This document shows, one piece after another, positions 49,861 to 59,297 of a stretch of 64,000 nt of DNA. The stretch lies in NCBI GenBank assembly GCA_031373665.1, contig JANMMZ010000085.1:1389-65388 (forward strand), read 5' to 3'. The notes below the pieces were generated by a model. The model did no database searches, was not told the origin of the DNA, and saw only the letters and a program-made list of their open reading frames with translations. Both the position numbers and the translations under genes were made by a program. The stretch's first letter is position 1. Each line of letters opens with the position of its first letter. The stretch comes from Saprospiraceae bacterium. Lineage in GTDB: Bacteria; Bacteroidota; Bacteroidia; Chitinophagales; Saprospiraceae.

Positions 49861-49927
49861 ACTGAAAATCAAATACGAATCACAATTTTAGGCTTAGTCA
49901 GACGGTTATGATGCAATAATCTCAACC

Positions 49928-52900
49928 CTACCGCACCACCAAAATTTCCCCCGGCTTCCACTCATACAAGTCAGTAACCCTGCCTCGGAGTCCCAAAGTG
50001 ACAGGTAAGGGCTTGAAACCTCCCTTCCCATCGCCAACCAACAATTGCCCATCTCCAGCGTCTATACGCCCGATATAGGGCTGCACTTCCAGCATATTGC
50101 CAGCCACCAGTATATCAGGATGGCCATCGTTTTGATAATCAAATATCAGCGCGGCAGTCACGTTACTCATTTGTGCTTCGATCGGGAGTAAGTGCATTTC
50201 AAATTGGCCTCCACCCTTGTTTTCAAGCCACGCAGAGCCGAGGGTATTAGCCCTGTAATGCACTGTATTTTGGAGCATATCCTTCGTGAATATCCCATTA
50301 AAATCACTATCAGCGTATTTTTTATAAGTCACAAATCGCTTTTTAAGCATGGGTATTTGACTGACCAACAGGTCTTTATCCACTAGAACATGCGACTTCC
50401 CTTGGCGATAGTAAGTCAAGATAGGATCAAAAGACCCATTTCCATCAAAATCTTTGACCCAAAGTTCCAGTGGTGCCGCTATACTAGCACTCAAATTGGA
50501 ATTAAAGCCTCTATTACCGGCCACTATATCCAAATCCCCATCGTGGTCAAGGTCTGCGGGGACGGAAAGGCAGTTCCATAAACCCTCCGAATTGGAGAGT
50601 TCATGGTGTTCAAAACCACTAGGTTTATTCAAATAACACACAATGGGCGACCAATCGCCCGCCACCATCAAGTCAAGGCGACCATCGCCATCCATATCGG
50701 CCCAACGAGCATCCTTGATGGAAGGAGGCAGGTTAGGCAGGGCTACTCCTTCTGGTAGATAAGCCCCTGTGCCAGTACCTCTCAACAAAGTCGAATTAGT
50801 AGGAATTCCGTAGGCTGCACTGGCAAAATGTGTTCCTAGAAACCGATCCTCACAGCCATTGTTGTCGAAATCTGCGCACCGCACCACACTTTCTTGGCTA
50901 TGGGCTTCAACGGTAATCCCAAAGGCGGTGGGTTGAGCCGCAAATTTTCCATTTTTTCCTTGAAAAATGAACCCCTTGGTCGTAATAATGTCGAGGAGAC
51001 CATCATGGTTAGCATCCCGATAATCAATCGGTTTTACGCCTTGATACATGCTCCAAGGGAGCAATTTTTCTTGAAGTATATCCGTGCCGATGGTAGAATC
51101 TAAGGTGACGAAAGTCGTTTTTACCGAGTGGCCAATCCCACGATTTGCAAGGTCAGGGTAGGGTAGTGCGGCACCTGATTTTTCAAAGGTCAGTACCTGA
51201 TCGGCGGTGATATTCCGATGGGCTTCATATTGGCCATTAGGCCAAATCACCCATAAAGAATCAATGTTGTGGGCGATACCTAATCCAATATAAAGACAAC
51301 CCGGCTCCACACTACTTTGGAATCCACGCACAGGTTGGTTTTCCACTTTTTGCACGACCCCATTGGCCCAAACCTGAATTTTTGCACCAATTGCAAAGGG
51401 GTTTTTGCCTTTTTGACGCAATTTTACCTTCAAATAGTGCGCGTTAGCAACGTTGTTTTCATAGACAGTTGCTTTCGCGTTCAGGTTATTGACCACCAAA
51501 TCCAAGTCGCCATCTTGATCAAAATCAGCGTAAGCAGCACCATTTGAAAACCCGATTTTATCCAAGCCCCAATCAGCCGACTTATCCTTAAAACACAGAT
51601 TTTTTTGATTCTGAAAAACATAGTTGGCCGCCGCTCCGCTAGGCATTTGAGTGATGAGTTCCAGATCGGAGGCCTTCTTTTGAACGGCTGCCGAAGAGAT
51701 GAATTTATTGTACTCTATGTCGTTGGGTCGGTGCGGAATCCCATTGGTGATCCAAAGGTCTTTGTATCCATCCAAATCGAGATCGGCGAATAAGGCACTC
51801 CATGACCAATCGGTGGTGGCTACCCCCGCCAATTGCCCGATTTCAGCAAATTGCACCTTGTTGGGATCATGGGTTTGGTTGAGTTGTAAGTTGTTGCGGG
51901 CAAACTGCCAATGATACCCGTAATCATGTTTGAATTGATAGATCTGGTATGGATCGGCTGGGGCAGAGGCTTTCAAAATGGACTCTTGTTCTGGTTTCAT
52001 GTCCAAGGTGATGATGTCGGGCAACAGGTCATTGTTGAAATCAGCAATATCGCAACCCATAGAGAAATTAGAACTATGACCAACTGCCTCCGATGATTGC
52101 TCTTTAAAATATTTTCCGCCCACGTTCATATACACAAAATCTTGCTCATGAAAATCATTGGCTACATAAATATCTGGGTATCGGTCATTGTTCAAGTCGC
52201 TGACACATACCCCCAATCCGTAACCTGATTTGCCATCACGAAGGCCCGATTTTGGGGTAATATTGGTGAATACATGACCGTCATTTCTAAACAAACGATC
52301 GCTCGAAAGCGGATCATATACCCTCGAAATACTGCTATCTTTATAAGAATCTGGAGAGTGTACACTGTGACAGAGCAAAAAACAATCAAGGTCGTCATCT
52401 AAATCATAATCAAAAAATGCCGCTTGGGTACTAAAGGCAGATACCGCCAACCCATAGGCCGCTGCGGCCTCTTCGTAGCCTTGCCAACTGCCTTGGGGGC
52501 TGTTTCCTCGGTTGATAAATAATTGATTTTTGCCTTGAAATTGCTTGTATTGCCCTACCTGACACACGTAAATATCCAACCAACCATCACCATTTACATC
52601 AGCCATGGTGATCCCCGTTTTCCATGATCCTTGGCCGCCTACCCCTGATTGGGCAGTGGCATCTTCAAACCCAAACCCACCTTTGTTCAGAAATAACTGA
52701 TTCTGATTGATATTAGAACTAAAGTAAATATCTATCCATCCGTCATTGTTGACATCGCCCGTGGCTACGCCCCCGCCATTGTAATAATAGAGGTATTGTA
52801 TGATATTCATCCCATTGGGGCTTTGCTCCGGCAAGGTATTTTCAAAGGCAATGCCTGTTTTTTCAGGAGCCAATTCTACAAAAAGCGGCGGCACGGGTCG

Positions 52901-52978
52901 GTTGCACTGCCAACCCATCACCGATCCTACCCAAATCAAGAGGTTTATTTTCAATAAATTGCGATGTATCAATAGCAT
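49928..52978 (-). CDS. FG-GAP/VCBS repeat protein with an ASPIC/UnbV domain (CRTAC1-like)
   Basis: At least nine calcium-loop-like repeats, including DVNNDGWIDIY, DVNGDGWLDIYV, DLNNDRYPDIYVAN, DFDQDGDLDLVVNN and DLDHDGDLDIVAGN. ASPIC/UnbV-like NPFAIGAKIQVWANGVVQKVENQPVRGFQSS. The start codon is uncertain. Confidence 0.85.
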   Translation of the reverse strand: MLLIHRNLLKINLLIWVGSVMGWQCNRPVPPLFVELAPEKTGIAFENTLPEQSPNGMNIIQYLYYYNGGGVATGDVNNDGWIDIYFSSNINQNQLFLNKGGFGFEDATAQSGVGGQGSWKTGITMADVNGDGWLDIYVCQVGQYKQFQGKNQLFINRGNSPQGSWQGYEEAAAAYGLAVSAFSTQAAFFDYDLDDDLDCFLLCHSVHSPDSYKDSSISRVYDPLSSDRLFRNDGHVFTNITPKSGLRDGKSGYGLGVCVSDLNNDRYPDIYVANDFHEQDFVYMNVGGKYFKEQSSEAVGHSSNFSMGCDIADFNNDLLPDIITLDMKPEQESILKASAPADPYQIYQFKHDYGYHWQFARNNLQLNQTHDPNKVQFAEIGQLAGVATTDWSWSALFADLDLDGYKDLWITNGIPHRPNDIEYNKFISSAAVQKKASDLELITQMPSGAAANYVFQNQKNLCFKDKSADWGLDKIGFSNGAAYADFDQDGDLDLVVNNLNAKATVYENNVANAHYLKVKLRQKGKNPFAIGAKIQVWANGVVQKVENQPVRGFQSSVEPGCLYIGLGIAHNIDSLWVIWPNGQYEAHRNITADQVLTFEKSGAALPYPDLANRGIGHSVKTTFVTLDSTIGTDILQEKLLPWSMYQGVKPIDYRDANHDGLLDIITTKGFIFQGKNGKFAAQPTAFGITVEAHSQESVVRCADFDNNGCEDRFLGTHFASAAYGIPTNSTLLRGTGTGAYLPEGVALPNLPPSIKDARWADMDGDGRLDLMVAGDWSPIVCYLNKPSGFEHHELSNSEGLWNCLSVPADLDHDGDLDIVAGNRGFNSNLSASIAAPLELWVKDFDGNGSFDPILTYYRQGKSHVLVDKDLLVSQIPMLKKRFVTYKKYADSDFNGIFTKDMLQNTVHYRANTLGSAWLENKGGGQFEMHLLPIEAQMSNVTAALIFDYQNDGHPDILVAGNMLEVQPYIGRIDAGDGQLLVGDGKGGFKPLPVTLGLRGRVTDLYEWKPGEILVVR

Positions 52979-53074
52979 GATCTTTGTGCTGGTACTGGAT
53001 AAGCGGCAAAGATACCTTTTTTAAGACTCTACAAGGCGGTGATGATGAGCGTACACTGCGTGGTGAAACCCCTC

Positions 53075-54106
53075 TCACCTTCTCTCCCTCCAAGCCAACA
53101 CCAAAGGAATCACCTTGCTGTAATTTTGCATCCCCTCCGATATGCCTTGTGCTTTCAAAAAATGGTCATAAGCCTTGTACCGAAACACCTCAAAAAATTC
53201 AGGATATCGGTCGTTTTGTCGGTATATTGCTTCCAAATCTCCGATGAGTCCTGCCGGCAACGCCTTGCGGAAATCGGCATATAAATCGGGCTGCAAATGG
53301 CGGTAAGCCCCCGCCAGTTCGCGCCAAAAATCAAAAGCAGCCGAATACCTCAAGAAGGGGTCCTGAGCCTGTTCTAAGGCAATATACGCCAAAAAGTTGC
53401 AAGTACCTTCATCGCCGAACCCATACCCATGGCAGAATTCATGGGCCAGATTGTAAGGTTTGGTTAAAAAATACAGTCCTTGATCTATGTTACACTCTCC
53501 CGTAAACGGATTGTAAATACCCGCCGCTCCAAATCGGAGCAGAAACCCATCCCAAAATGGTTGTCGGCCTCGTGGCGCACCCGTGGTCGGATACCCCAAG
53601 GCTTTCAATTGGGATACCACCGCACTGCGAATAGCCCCCTCCGTACTACCACTCGAAACAGCCGCATCAATGACTTGACTGCTGTCGGGTTGGATAGATT
53701 TTCGGAGATCTAACACCAATTTGGTCTGCACCTCCAAAGCATCTTTAATATCCGCTTCTGTGAGCGTGATACTTGGTATGGAGAGTTGTTGGGTTATCGG
53801 AATACGGTTATAATTGAATCCCCATAAGGCATAAAACAAGGCTATTATTCCACAAACAAAGGTAAATACTTGGATGATGGATTGAAATACTCGTTTTTTT
53901 AAAGGAATGGCCTTCGTAAATACCAGCGTATAAAAGCCTTTGGATAGATGCCAAATCAGGTATCCAAAAAACAAATAAGTGAGGGGGAAAGGCAACCAAC
54001 CCAACCCAACATCAAATACCCACCGAACCCCTTGAAAAAAGCCACGGCTGTACCATCGCTCCGCCCAATCGGGAAACGCTTGGAATAAAAACCTTAATGC
54101 CAGCAT
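53075..54106 (-). CDS. DUF3810-like putative zinc-dependent membrane protein
   Basis: N-terminal TM helices and LAHEFCHGYGFGDEGTCNFLAY (HExxH plus an E-x-x-x-N-F pattern). The frame stays open and hydrophobic for a further 25 codons upstream with no ATG, so the start is uncertain. Confidence 0.55.
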   Translation of the reverse strand: MLALRFLFQAFPDWAERWYSRGFFQGVRWVFDVGLGWLPFPLTYLFFGYLIWHLSKGFYTLVFTKAIPLKKRVFQSIIQVFTFVCGIIALFYALWGFNYNRIPITQQLSIPSITLTEADIKDALEVQTKLVLDLRKSIQPDSSQVIDAAVSSGSTEGAIRSAVVSQLKALGYPTTGAPRGRQPFWDGFLLRFGAAGIYNPFTGECNIDQGLYFLTKPYNLAHEFCHGYGFGDEGTCNFLAYIALEQAQDPFLRYSAAFDFWRELAGAYRHLQPDLYADFRKALPAGLIGDLEAIYRQNDRYPEFFEVFRYKAYDHFLKAQGISEGMQNYSKVIPLVLAWRERR

Positions 54107-54618
54107 CGAGCACGCAAAAAAGAACCAGAAAATGGATTGCTTCTTGATTGTTGTTATGTTTAGAGGTGCAAATCTACGTACTTATTTTGCTTGATTGCTT
54201 TTTGATGTTGCCTTTGGTGAGTCATATTCTACTTTGGCATTTTAGAAAACACTGAAAGGGTAGAACGATGCCCAAATATAATTTTTTCAAACCATTACGC
54301 TCCCTCTTGCTAGGCTTTGCTCGACCTACACAAAACCGAATAACCCAATTATTCAATATATAAATCTGCATTTTTTTTATAAATATTTTTTTGTTTTGAT
54401 ATTTTTGGATTTCTCCATAAGAATGAGGTTGAAAAATTATATTTGGTCATTTCAGAAACCTGACTTATCCAAAAACAAGTATTTGGTGGTCTCAGATTTA
54501 GTACTTATATTTGTATCTTGTTTCGTTGCAACGTTCATACACTTTCATTTAATCCCTCCATTTATCACCATGAGTCACCCGCAAACGAGCGTTTGACCCA
54601 AAAATTCTTTTATAAAAA

Positions 54619-57483
54619 ATGTTACAATCTATTTATCTTTGCCAGCGCAGCAACCACCGCGCAGCAACCACCGCGCGTAGCTTTATTCTAGTTGCCCTTA
54701 TGCTATCATTTCTTTGGGATTTAAATGGGCAGAGTTGCAATCCGCTCCCGACATTTAACAGGACATTTACCAATACAACGGTCACTACAGCCGCTACGTT
54801 CACATCGGAAAATATTCGCATCACTGGGACGGTGAACTTCAATGCCAACATTACCTTGGCTTACTGTACTGTATTAATGGATCCTGGTGCCATTTTAAAC
54901 ATCAATAACGCTACTTTTGGATTACTTTACGGTAGTAGAATATATGGGTGCGATGGCATGTGGAAGGCTATCAAGGTGAATGATAAAAGTTCGATTGTTT
55001 TTGAAAACAGTGTCATTCGTGATGGTCAGCAAGGGATTGTATTTGGGCCAAAATTTAACAATGAAAATACACGGATAACAGGGTGTTATTTCGGGCGCAA
55101 TTCGTGTTCAATCACTGCCAATCATTTGGACAATCTTACTTTTGCTGCTTTTACAGGGAATATTTTTAAAAGTAACATTAGTATGAGTGTTGATCCACCA
55201 TTTCTTTCACCACATATAATGGGTGTTACGCCTATCAACGCGATGAGATTGAACGACTGTACAGGTACTATTGGTACAAGTGGTGCAGTAAACAATATAG
55301 AATGGATGACTACTGGTGTCAGAATAACCGGTGGTTCAAACATCACCATCAAAAATTGCGTTTTTAAAGACTGTGTAAGGCCAGACAATGAAAATAGTTT
55401 TTCGGTTGGAATTCACTCCAGACATTCTTCACTGACCATGCAAAGCATTTTCAGCAATAATGTTAGCTGTTCCTTTGTCAATAACCATCGAGGGATCCGT
55501 TCAGAGCAAACCCAACAACTGATTATTCAAGATGCCTTATTTGACGGAAACACAAAATCTGATATTGAAGTCATAAACTCTACCAACCCATACAAGGTTG
55601 ATATCAGTAGAAATATTATGAAACTATTACCCCCTTCTGAGCAATCTATTTTATTAAACCGCGCAGCCAACACCGGCTCCACGGCAATCAATACCCGTAT
55701 TCGAGGTAATGTTATGACGATGCCTACTGCTACGCTGCCCAGTTCGATACGAGTCATAAACATCACCACCCAACCAGGGGCTACTGATCGGGCAGTGATT
55801 GACGAAAACCAAATCACCTGCCCGGGAGTAACAGTAACACAAGCAAGTGGCGCTGTGGATGGGATATGGGTATCTGGTGATGCGGATGGGTATCAATTGT
55901 CTGGCAATATCATCAATTATGTTTTTGCTACGGCACCCACCTCTGATGTGACCAGTGTTGGTATTTCGATGCAAAATGTTGATGGAGTCAGTAATATAGT
56001 CGGCCCTGATAATACGATCACGAGTACTCGTTTTCCCGGTCTGAACAGTCTCCGAGACTCTTGGCTGCGTTGTGGGATTCATACAGAAGGGTCACTGAAT
56101 GTAGCCATATGCAAAAATGACGTCGATGATACCAGGCATAGTTACCATTTTATGAAAAATTGTGCCAACATTGAGTTCGGTCGCAATATCATTCAGGATG
56201 CCATTATTGGTTTAGAGGTTTGGGATCAAATACCAAATAACCACAATTATAGGATGAACCGATGGATAGGGGATTATTATTTTATACAGGCAGCGAATAA
56301 TACTGCTCCTAATGCTCAAAGTATAACATGGCAAGTTGATAACTCGAATGGAGACCCATATAGATTTAGACCACCCTCATTTAGTCCAGCCACATGGTTT
56401 GTTTCCCTTGCTAACGGCCAAACCTCTGGCACCCCCTTTTGTGATGCCGTTGTTCCTCCCCCCCTCCCCCCCGGTGGATTTGGAACACCCCCTACAGGTG
56501 ACATGGTTCACCAGTTTTTGAACAACGAGTATGGAGCGATGAGTGCCGCCGCCGCCTGGGATTTTGAGCGCAATCTTTTATCTCAGATGATCCGATTCCC
56601 GGCCACTTTTGCAGGGAATACCGAGGCAGAACAATACTATGCCACCAAAGTGAATGGATTCCATTGGAAGTTTGCCAAAGCCGAGCGCCTGCTCCATGAG
56701 GCCGCAGTGATGACTCCGACAGAGCAGGCAGGATTAAGTCAGGCATATACCAATCTACAATCACTGGCAGAGAGCCTGAATCAGATAGAAGTATGGGAAG
56801 GTGCAGACACCCTTACGATCAATCCAGCCTGGCAAACCTCTAAGACCAGCCTCTTAGAGCAGGTGAGTGGGCAACAGACACAACTAGAGACGCTGACTTC
56901 TTCCATCCTCTCCGCCCGATACGCCAAACTGGAACCTGCCCTGGAATTCATCAGATTGCTACCTCAAACCACCAGTTTGGAAACCAATTTCAGGACTTTA
57001 CTTCTCCTCAAAGTTAAACAACAAATTCAATCCGATTGGACTGCTGCGGACAGTGTCTCCCTGCGTGCTATTGCTTACTCCTGCCCTGCCACAGGGGGCG
57101 AAGCGGTCACCATCGCCAGGGAAATGCTTCCCTCCCCAGAGTCTTATAAATTTGGTCGGGAAGGATTTGATCCGTTGTGTGGTCAGGGTATCGGTGCTGG
57201 AGGTGAAGAGCGGGAAACGCCGGTGACACGACACCAACCTCACCCTGCATCCATTTGGCCCAATCCAGCCAATGATGTATTGGTAGTTGATTTTGGAGGG
57301 CATTCATTCTCAGGAATCTTAGAAATATTGAATGTATCCGGTACTGTCGTCAGTACAACCTCAGTAAAAGAAATGACTCAGGAAAGCCTGAACACCACAG
57401 GTCTTTCCAATGGGGTTTACTTCCTTCGGATGGTGGGTACTGGCCAACCAGCCCAGACCCATAAATTCACCATTCTTAAATAA
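54619..57483 (+). CDS. T9SS-sorted secreted protein with right-handed parallel beta-helix-like repeats
   Basis: 954 aa. Repeated short segments such as NSVIRDG, ITGCYF, NCVFKDC and GNIINY, typical of beta-helix proteins. The C-terminal ~80 aa, IWPNPANDVLVVDF...GVYFLRMVG...HKFTILK, matches the T9SS sorting-domain pattern. Confidence 0.75.
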   Translation: MLQSIYLCQRSNHRAATTARSFILVALMLSFLWDLNGQSCNPLPTFNRTFTNTTVTTAATFTSENIRITGTVNFNANITLAYCTVLMDPGAILNINNATFGLLYGSRIYGCDGMWKAIKVNDKSSIVFENSVIRDGQQGIVFGPKFNNENTRITGCYFGRNSCSITANHLDNLTFAAFTGNIFKSNISMSVDPPFLSPHIMGVTPINAMRLNDCTGTIGTSGAVNNIEWMTTGVRITGGSNITIKNCVFKDCVRPDNENSFSVGIHSRHSSLTMQSIFSNNVSCSFVNNHRGIRSEQTQQLIIQDALFDGNTKSDIEVINSTNPYKVDISRNIMKLLPPSEQSILLNRAANTGSTAINTRIRGNVMTMPTATLPSSIRVINITTQPGATDRAVIDENQITCPGVTVTQASGAVDGIWVSGDADGYQLSGNIINYVFATAPTSDVTSVGISMQNVDGVSNIVGPDNTITSTRFPGLNSLRDSWLRCGIHTEGSLNVAICKNDVDDTRHSYHFMKNCANIEFGRNIIQDAIIGLEVWDQIPNNHNYRMNRWIGDYYFIQAANNTAPNAQSITWQVDNSNGDPYRFRPPSFSPATWFVSLANGQTSGTPFCDAVVPPPLPPGGFGTPPTGDMVHQFLNNEYGAMSAAAAWDFERNLLSQMIRFPATFAGNTEAEQYYATKVNGFHWKFAKAERLLHEAAVMTPTEQAGLSQAYTNLQSLAESLNQIEVWEGADTLTINPAWQTSKTSLLEQVSGQQTQLETLTSSILSARYAKLEPALEFIRLLPQTTSLETNFRTLLLLKVKQQIQSDWTAADSVSLRAIAYSCPATGGEAVTIAREMLPSPESYKFGREGFDPLCGQGIGAGGEERETPVTRHQPHPASIWPNPANDVLVVDFGGHSFSGILEILNVSGTVVSTTSVKEMTQESLNTTGLSNGVYFLRMVGTGQPAQTHKFTILK

Positions 57484-57503
57484 TCTTTCATCCCAACATA
57501 GTC

Positions 57504-57549
57504 TTGCCACGCCGCGCCCTGACAGAATGGTCAGGGAATGGCGTGGCAA
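57504..57549 (+). terminator. Two-tier hairpin downstream of the 954-aa gene
   Basis: ttgccacgcc (57504-57513) pairs with ggcgtggcaa (57540-57549). ccctgac (57517-57523) pairs with gtcaggg (57530-57536). No clear T-run follows. Confidence 0.5.
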
Positions 57550-57569
57550 AACTATATATCAAACACAAA

Positions 57570-59207
57570 ATGGCCTTTAATATGCAAAAAACACTAATAT
57601 TGCTGCTTATACTTTGTAATACCTCCTTACTATATAGCCAGGCCAAAAATGATTATACTTGGATACTGGGTTATCCAACATTAATACCCGGAATGCCCAA
57701 TAACGAAGAGTTTGGAGGTATGTTTATGAAATTTACAGATAAGGGTTACACCGTCGAAAAGTTTGATATTTTCGGAGGTCCTATCTCCGCCGTAGCAAAC
57801 GACGAGGGCGGCAACCTGCTTTTTTACACCAATGGTTGTTCCATATTTAATAAAGAACATAAATTGATGGAAAATGGAGATGAAATCAATCTGGGTGCGA
57901 CTGATTATGAGTACAACTGCGAAGAAAACATAGGAATATTTTATATACGCAGTGGAAATATGACCCTCCCTATGCCAGGCGATAATAAACGACATTTTCT
58001 CTTACATTTGAGATTGATTGAAACCTCAGATACCAGTATCTATGATTTGGTAAATGACCGCTTTTACTTTTCTGAAATAGACATTCAGGCAAACAACGGT
58101 CTAGGCAGGGTGGTACAAAAAAACCAGACTCTGGTGGCTGACAGCCTGCACGACGCTGTTGCTGCGGTACGGCATGGAAACGGGCGCGATTGGTGGGTAG
58201 TGATGCCCAGGGGAAGAAACAGGGCTTTTTGGAAAATATTACTAACACCCGAAGGATTCCAGGAGCCGGTGTTACAGACCTTCGCACCCCCTTATTTTCC
58301 ATATACGGTCAAATATATAGTCCCTACCGATACGCCTCCACTCTATGAAGAAGAAGTGATCCCCGACGAGTATGGGCACGAGTGCTGGGGTGGGCAGGCT
58401 ACCTTTTCTCCGGATGGTACTAAATACTGTCGGGTCATCAAAGCAGGAGAAGTAGAAATTTATGATTTTGACCGGTGTTCCGGGGAACTCACCCTTAGAA
58501 GGGCGTTTGCCCTGCCACCCTATATTAAGTACCCAAAAATACCTGTACAGGCCTGTGGATTAGCCGTATCTCCCAACAATAGATATTTATATTTTAACAA
58601 TAATGAAGCCCTGTACCAATTTGATATTTGCGAAGAGCATATAGAAAATGGAGATTACGAACTGATTGCGGAATGGGATCGATATTTAGATGATGATTTT
58701 TTTGCGACTAATTTTTTCCAGATGCGCAATGCCCCTGACGGAAAGATATATGTAAATCATTCAAATAGTACGCGCTATCTCCACGTCATACATGAACCCA
58801 ACAAGGCTGGCCAAGCCTGCAATTTTGAGCAACGGGGAGTGACATTGCCACGATATTCTGCTTTTGTCATCAACTATTTTCCCAACTTCAATTTGTTTGA
58901 TTTGAAAGACAGCCCTTGCGATTCCTTGGGCATTGATAATCCAAATCAATCATATTATACTTTTGAGCAATTCAGGGTATTTCCCAATCCTGCCAATCAG
59001 GAGGTATTGCTCTATGTCCCACAGTGCGAAGGCATTAGGATACAGGTATGGAATGTGGCTGGGCAACTAGTTAGAGAAATCCCCTTTATCGCTGGTATGG
59101 AAGCCTATCGCTTGGATGTATCTGACTGGGCAGCAGGGGCTTATATTATTGCGGCTTATATTGATGCGCGGGAGCCTATTATTCAGAAACTTATTGTGGT
59201 GCATTGA
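57570..59207 (+). CDS. T9SS-sorted secreted protein, function unknown
   Basis: ATG at 57570 (MAFNMQKTLILLLILCNTSLLYSQ) or at 57582. The track TTG at 57504 lies inside the hairpin. C-terminal FRVFPNPANQEVLLYV...GAYIIAAY...QKLIVVH matches the T9SS sorting-domain pattern. Confidence 0.75.
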   Translation: MAFNMQKTLILLLILCNTSLLYSQAKNDYTWILGYPTLIPGMPNNEEFGGMFMKFTDKGYTVEKFDIFGGPISAVANDEGGNLLFYTNGCSIFNKEHKLMENGDEINLGATDYEYNCEENIGIFYIRSGNMTLPMPGDNKRHFLLHLRLIETSDTSIYDLVNDRFYFSEIDIQANNGLGRVVQKNQTLVADSLHDAVAAVRHGNGRDWWVVMPRGRNRAFWKILLTPEGFQEPVLQTFAPPYFPYTVKYIVPTDTPPLYEEEVIPDEYGHECWGGQATFSPDGTKYCRVIKAGEVEIYDFDRCSGELTLRRAFALPPYIKYPKIPVQACGLAVSPNNRYLYFNNNEALYQFDICEEHIENGDYELIAEWDRYLDDDFFATNFFQMRNAPDGKIYVNHSNSTRYLHVIHEPNKAGQACNFEQRGVTLPRYSAFVINYFPNFNLFDLKDSPCDSLGIDNPNQSYYTFEQFRVFPNPANQEVLLYVPQCEGIRIQVWNVAGQLVREIPFIAGMEAYRLDVSDWAAGAYIIAAYIDAREPIIQKLIVVH

Positions 59208-59232
59208 GGGAGGGGGCATGATAGCCCCCTCA

Positions 59233-59260
59233 CACCCGCTCCCAAATTTGGGAGCGGGTG
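59233..59260. terminator. Perfect 28-nt palindrome between convergent genes, a candidate bidirectional terminator
   Basis: cacccgctcccaaa/tttgggagcgggtg, checked base by base. Confidence 0.6.
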
Positions 59261-59297
59261 CGTGTTGCGCTTGAGCGATCCAATGATGATAGCCCCC

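Noticed and set aside
49884-49895. A 12-nt match (tacgaatcacaa) between the flank of repeat copy 2 and the AATTACGAAT array at 39367-39378.
   Set aside because: It is a single short match without the palindromic partner. It could easily be chance given how many comparisons I made by eye.
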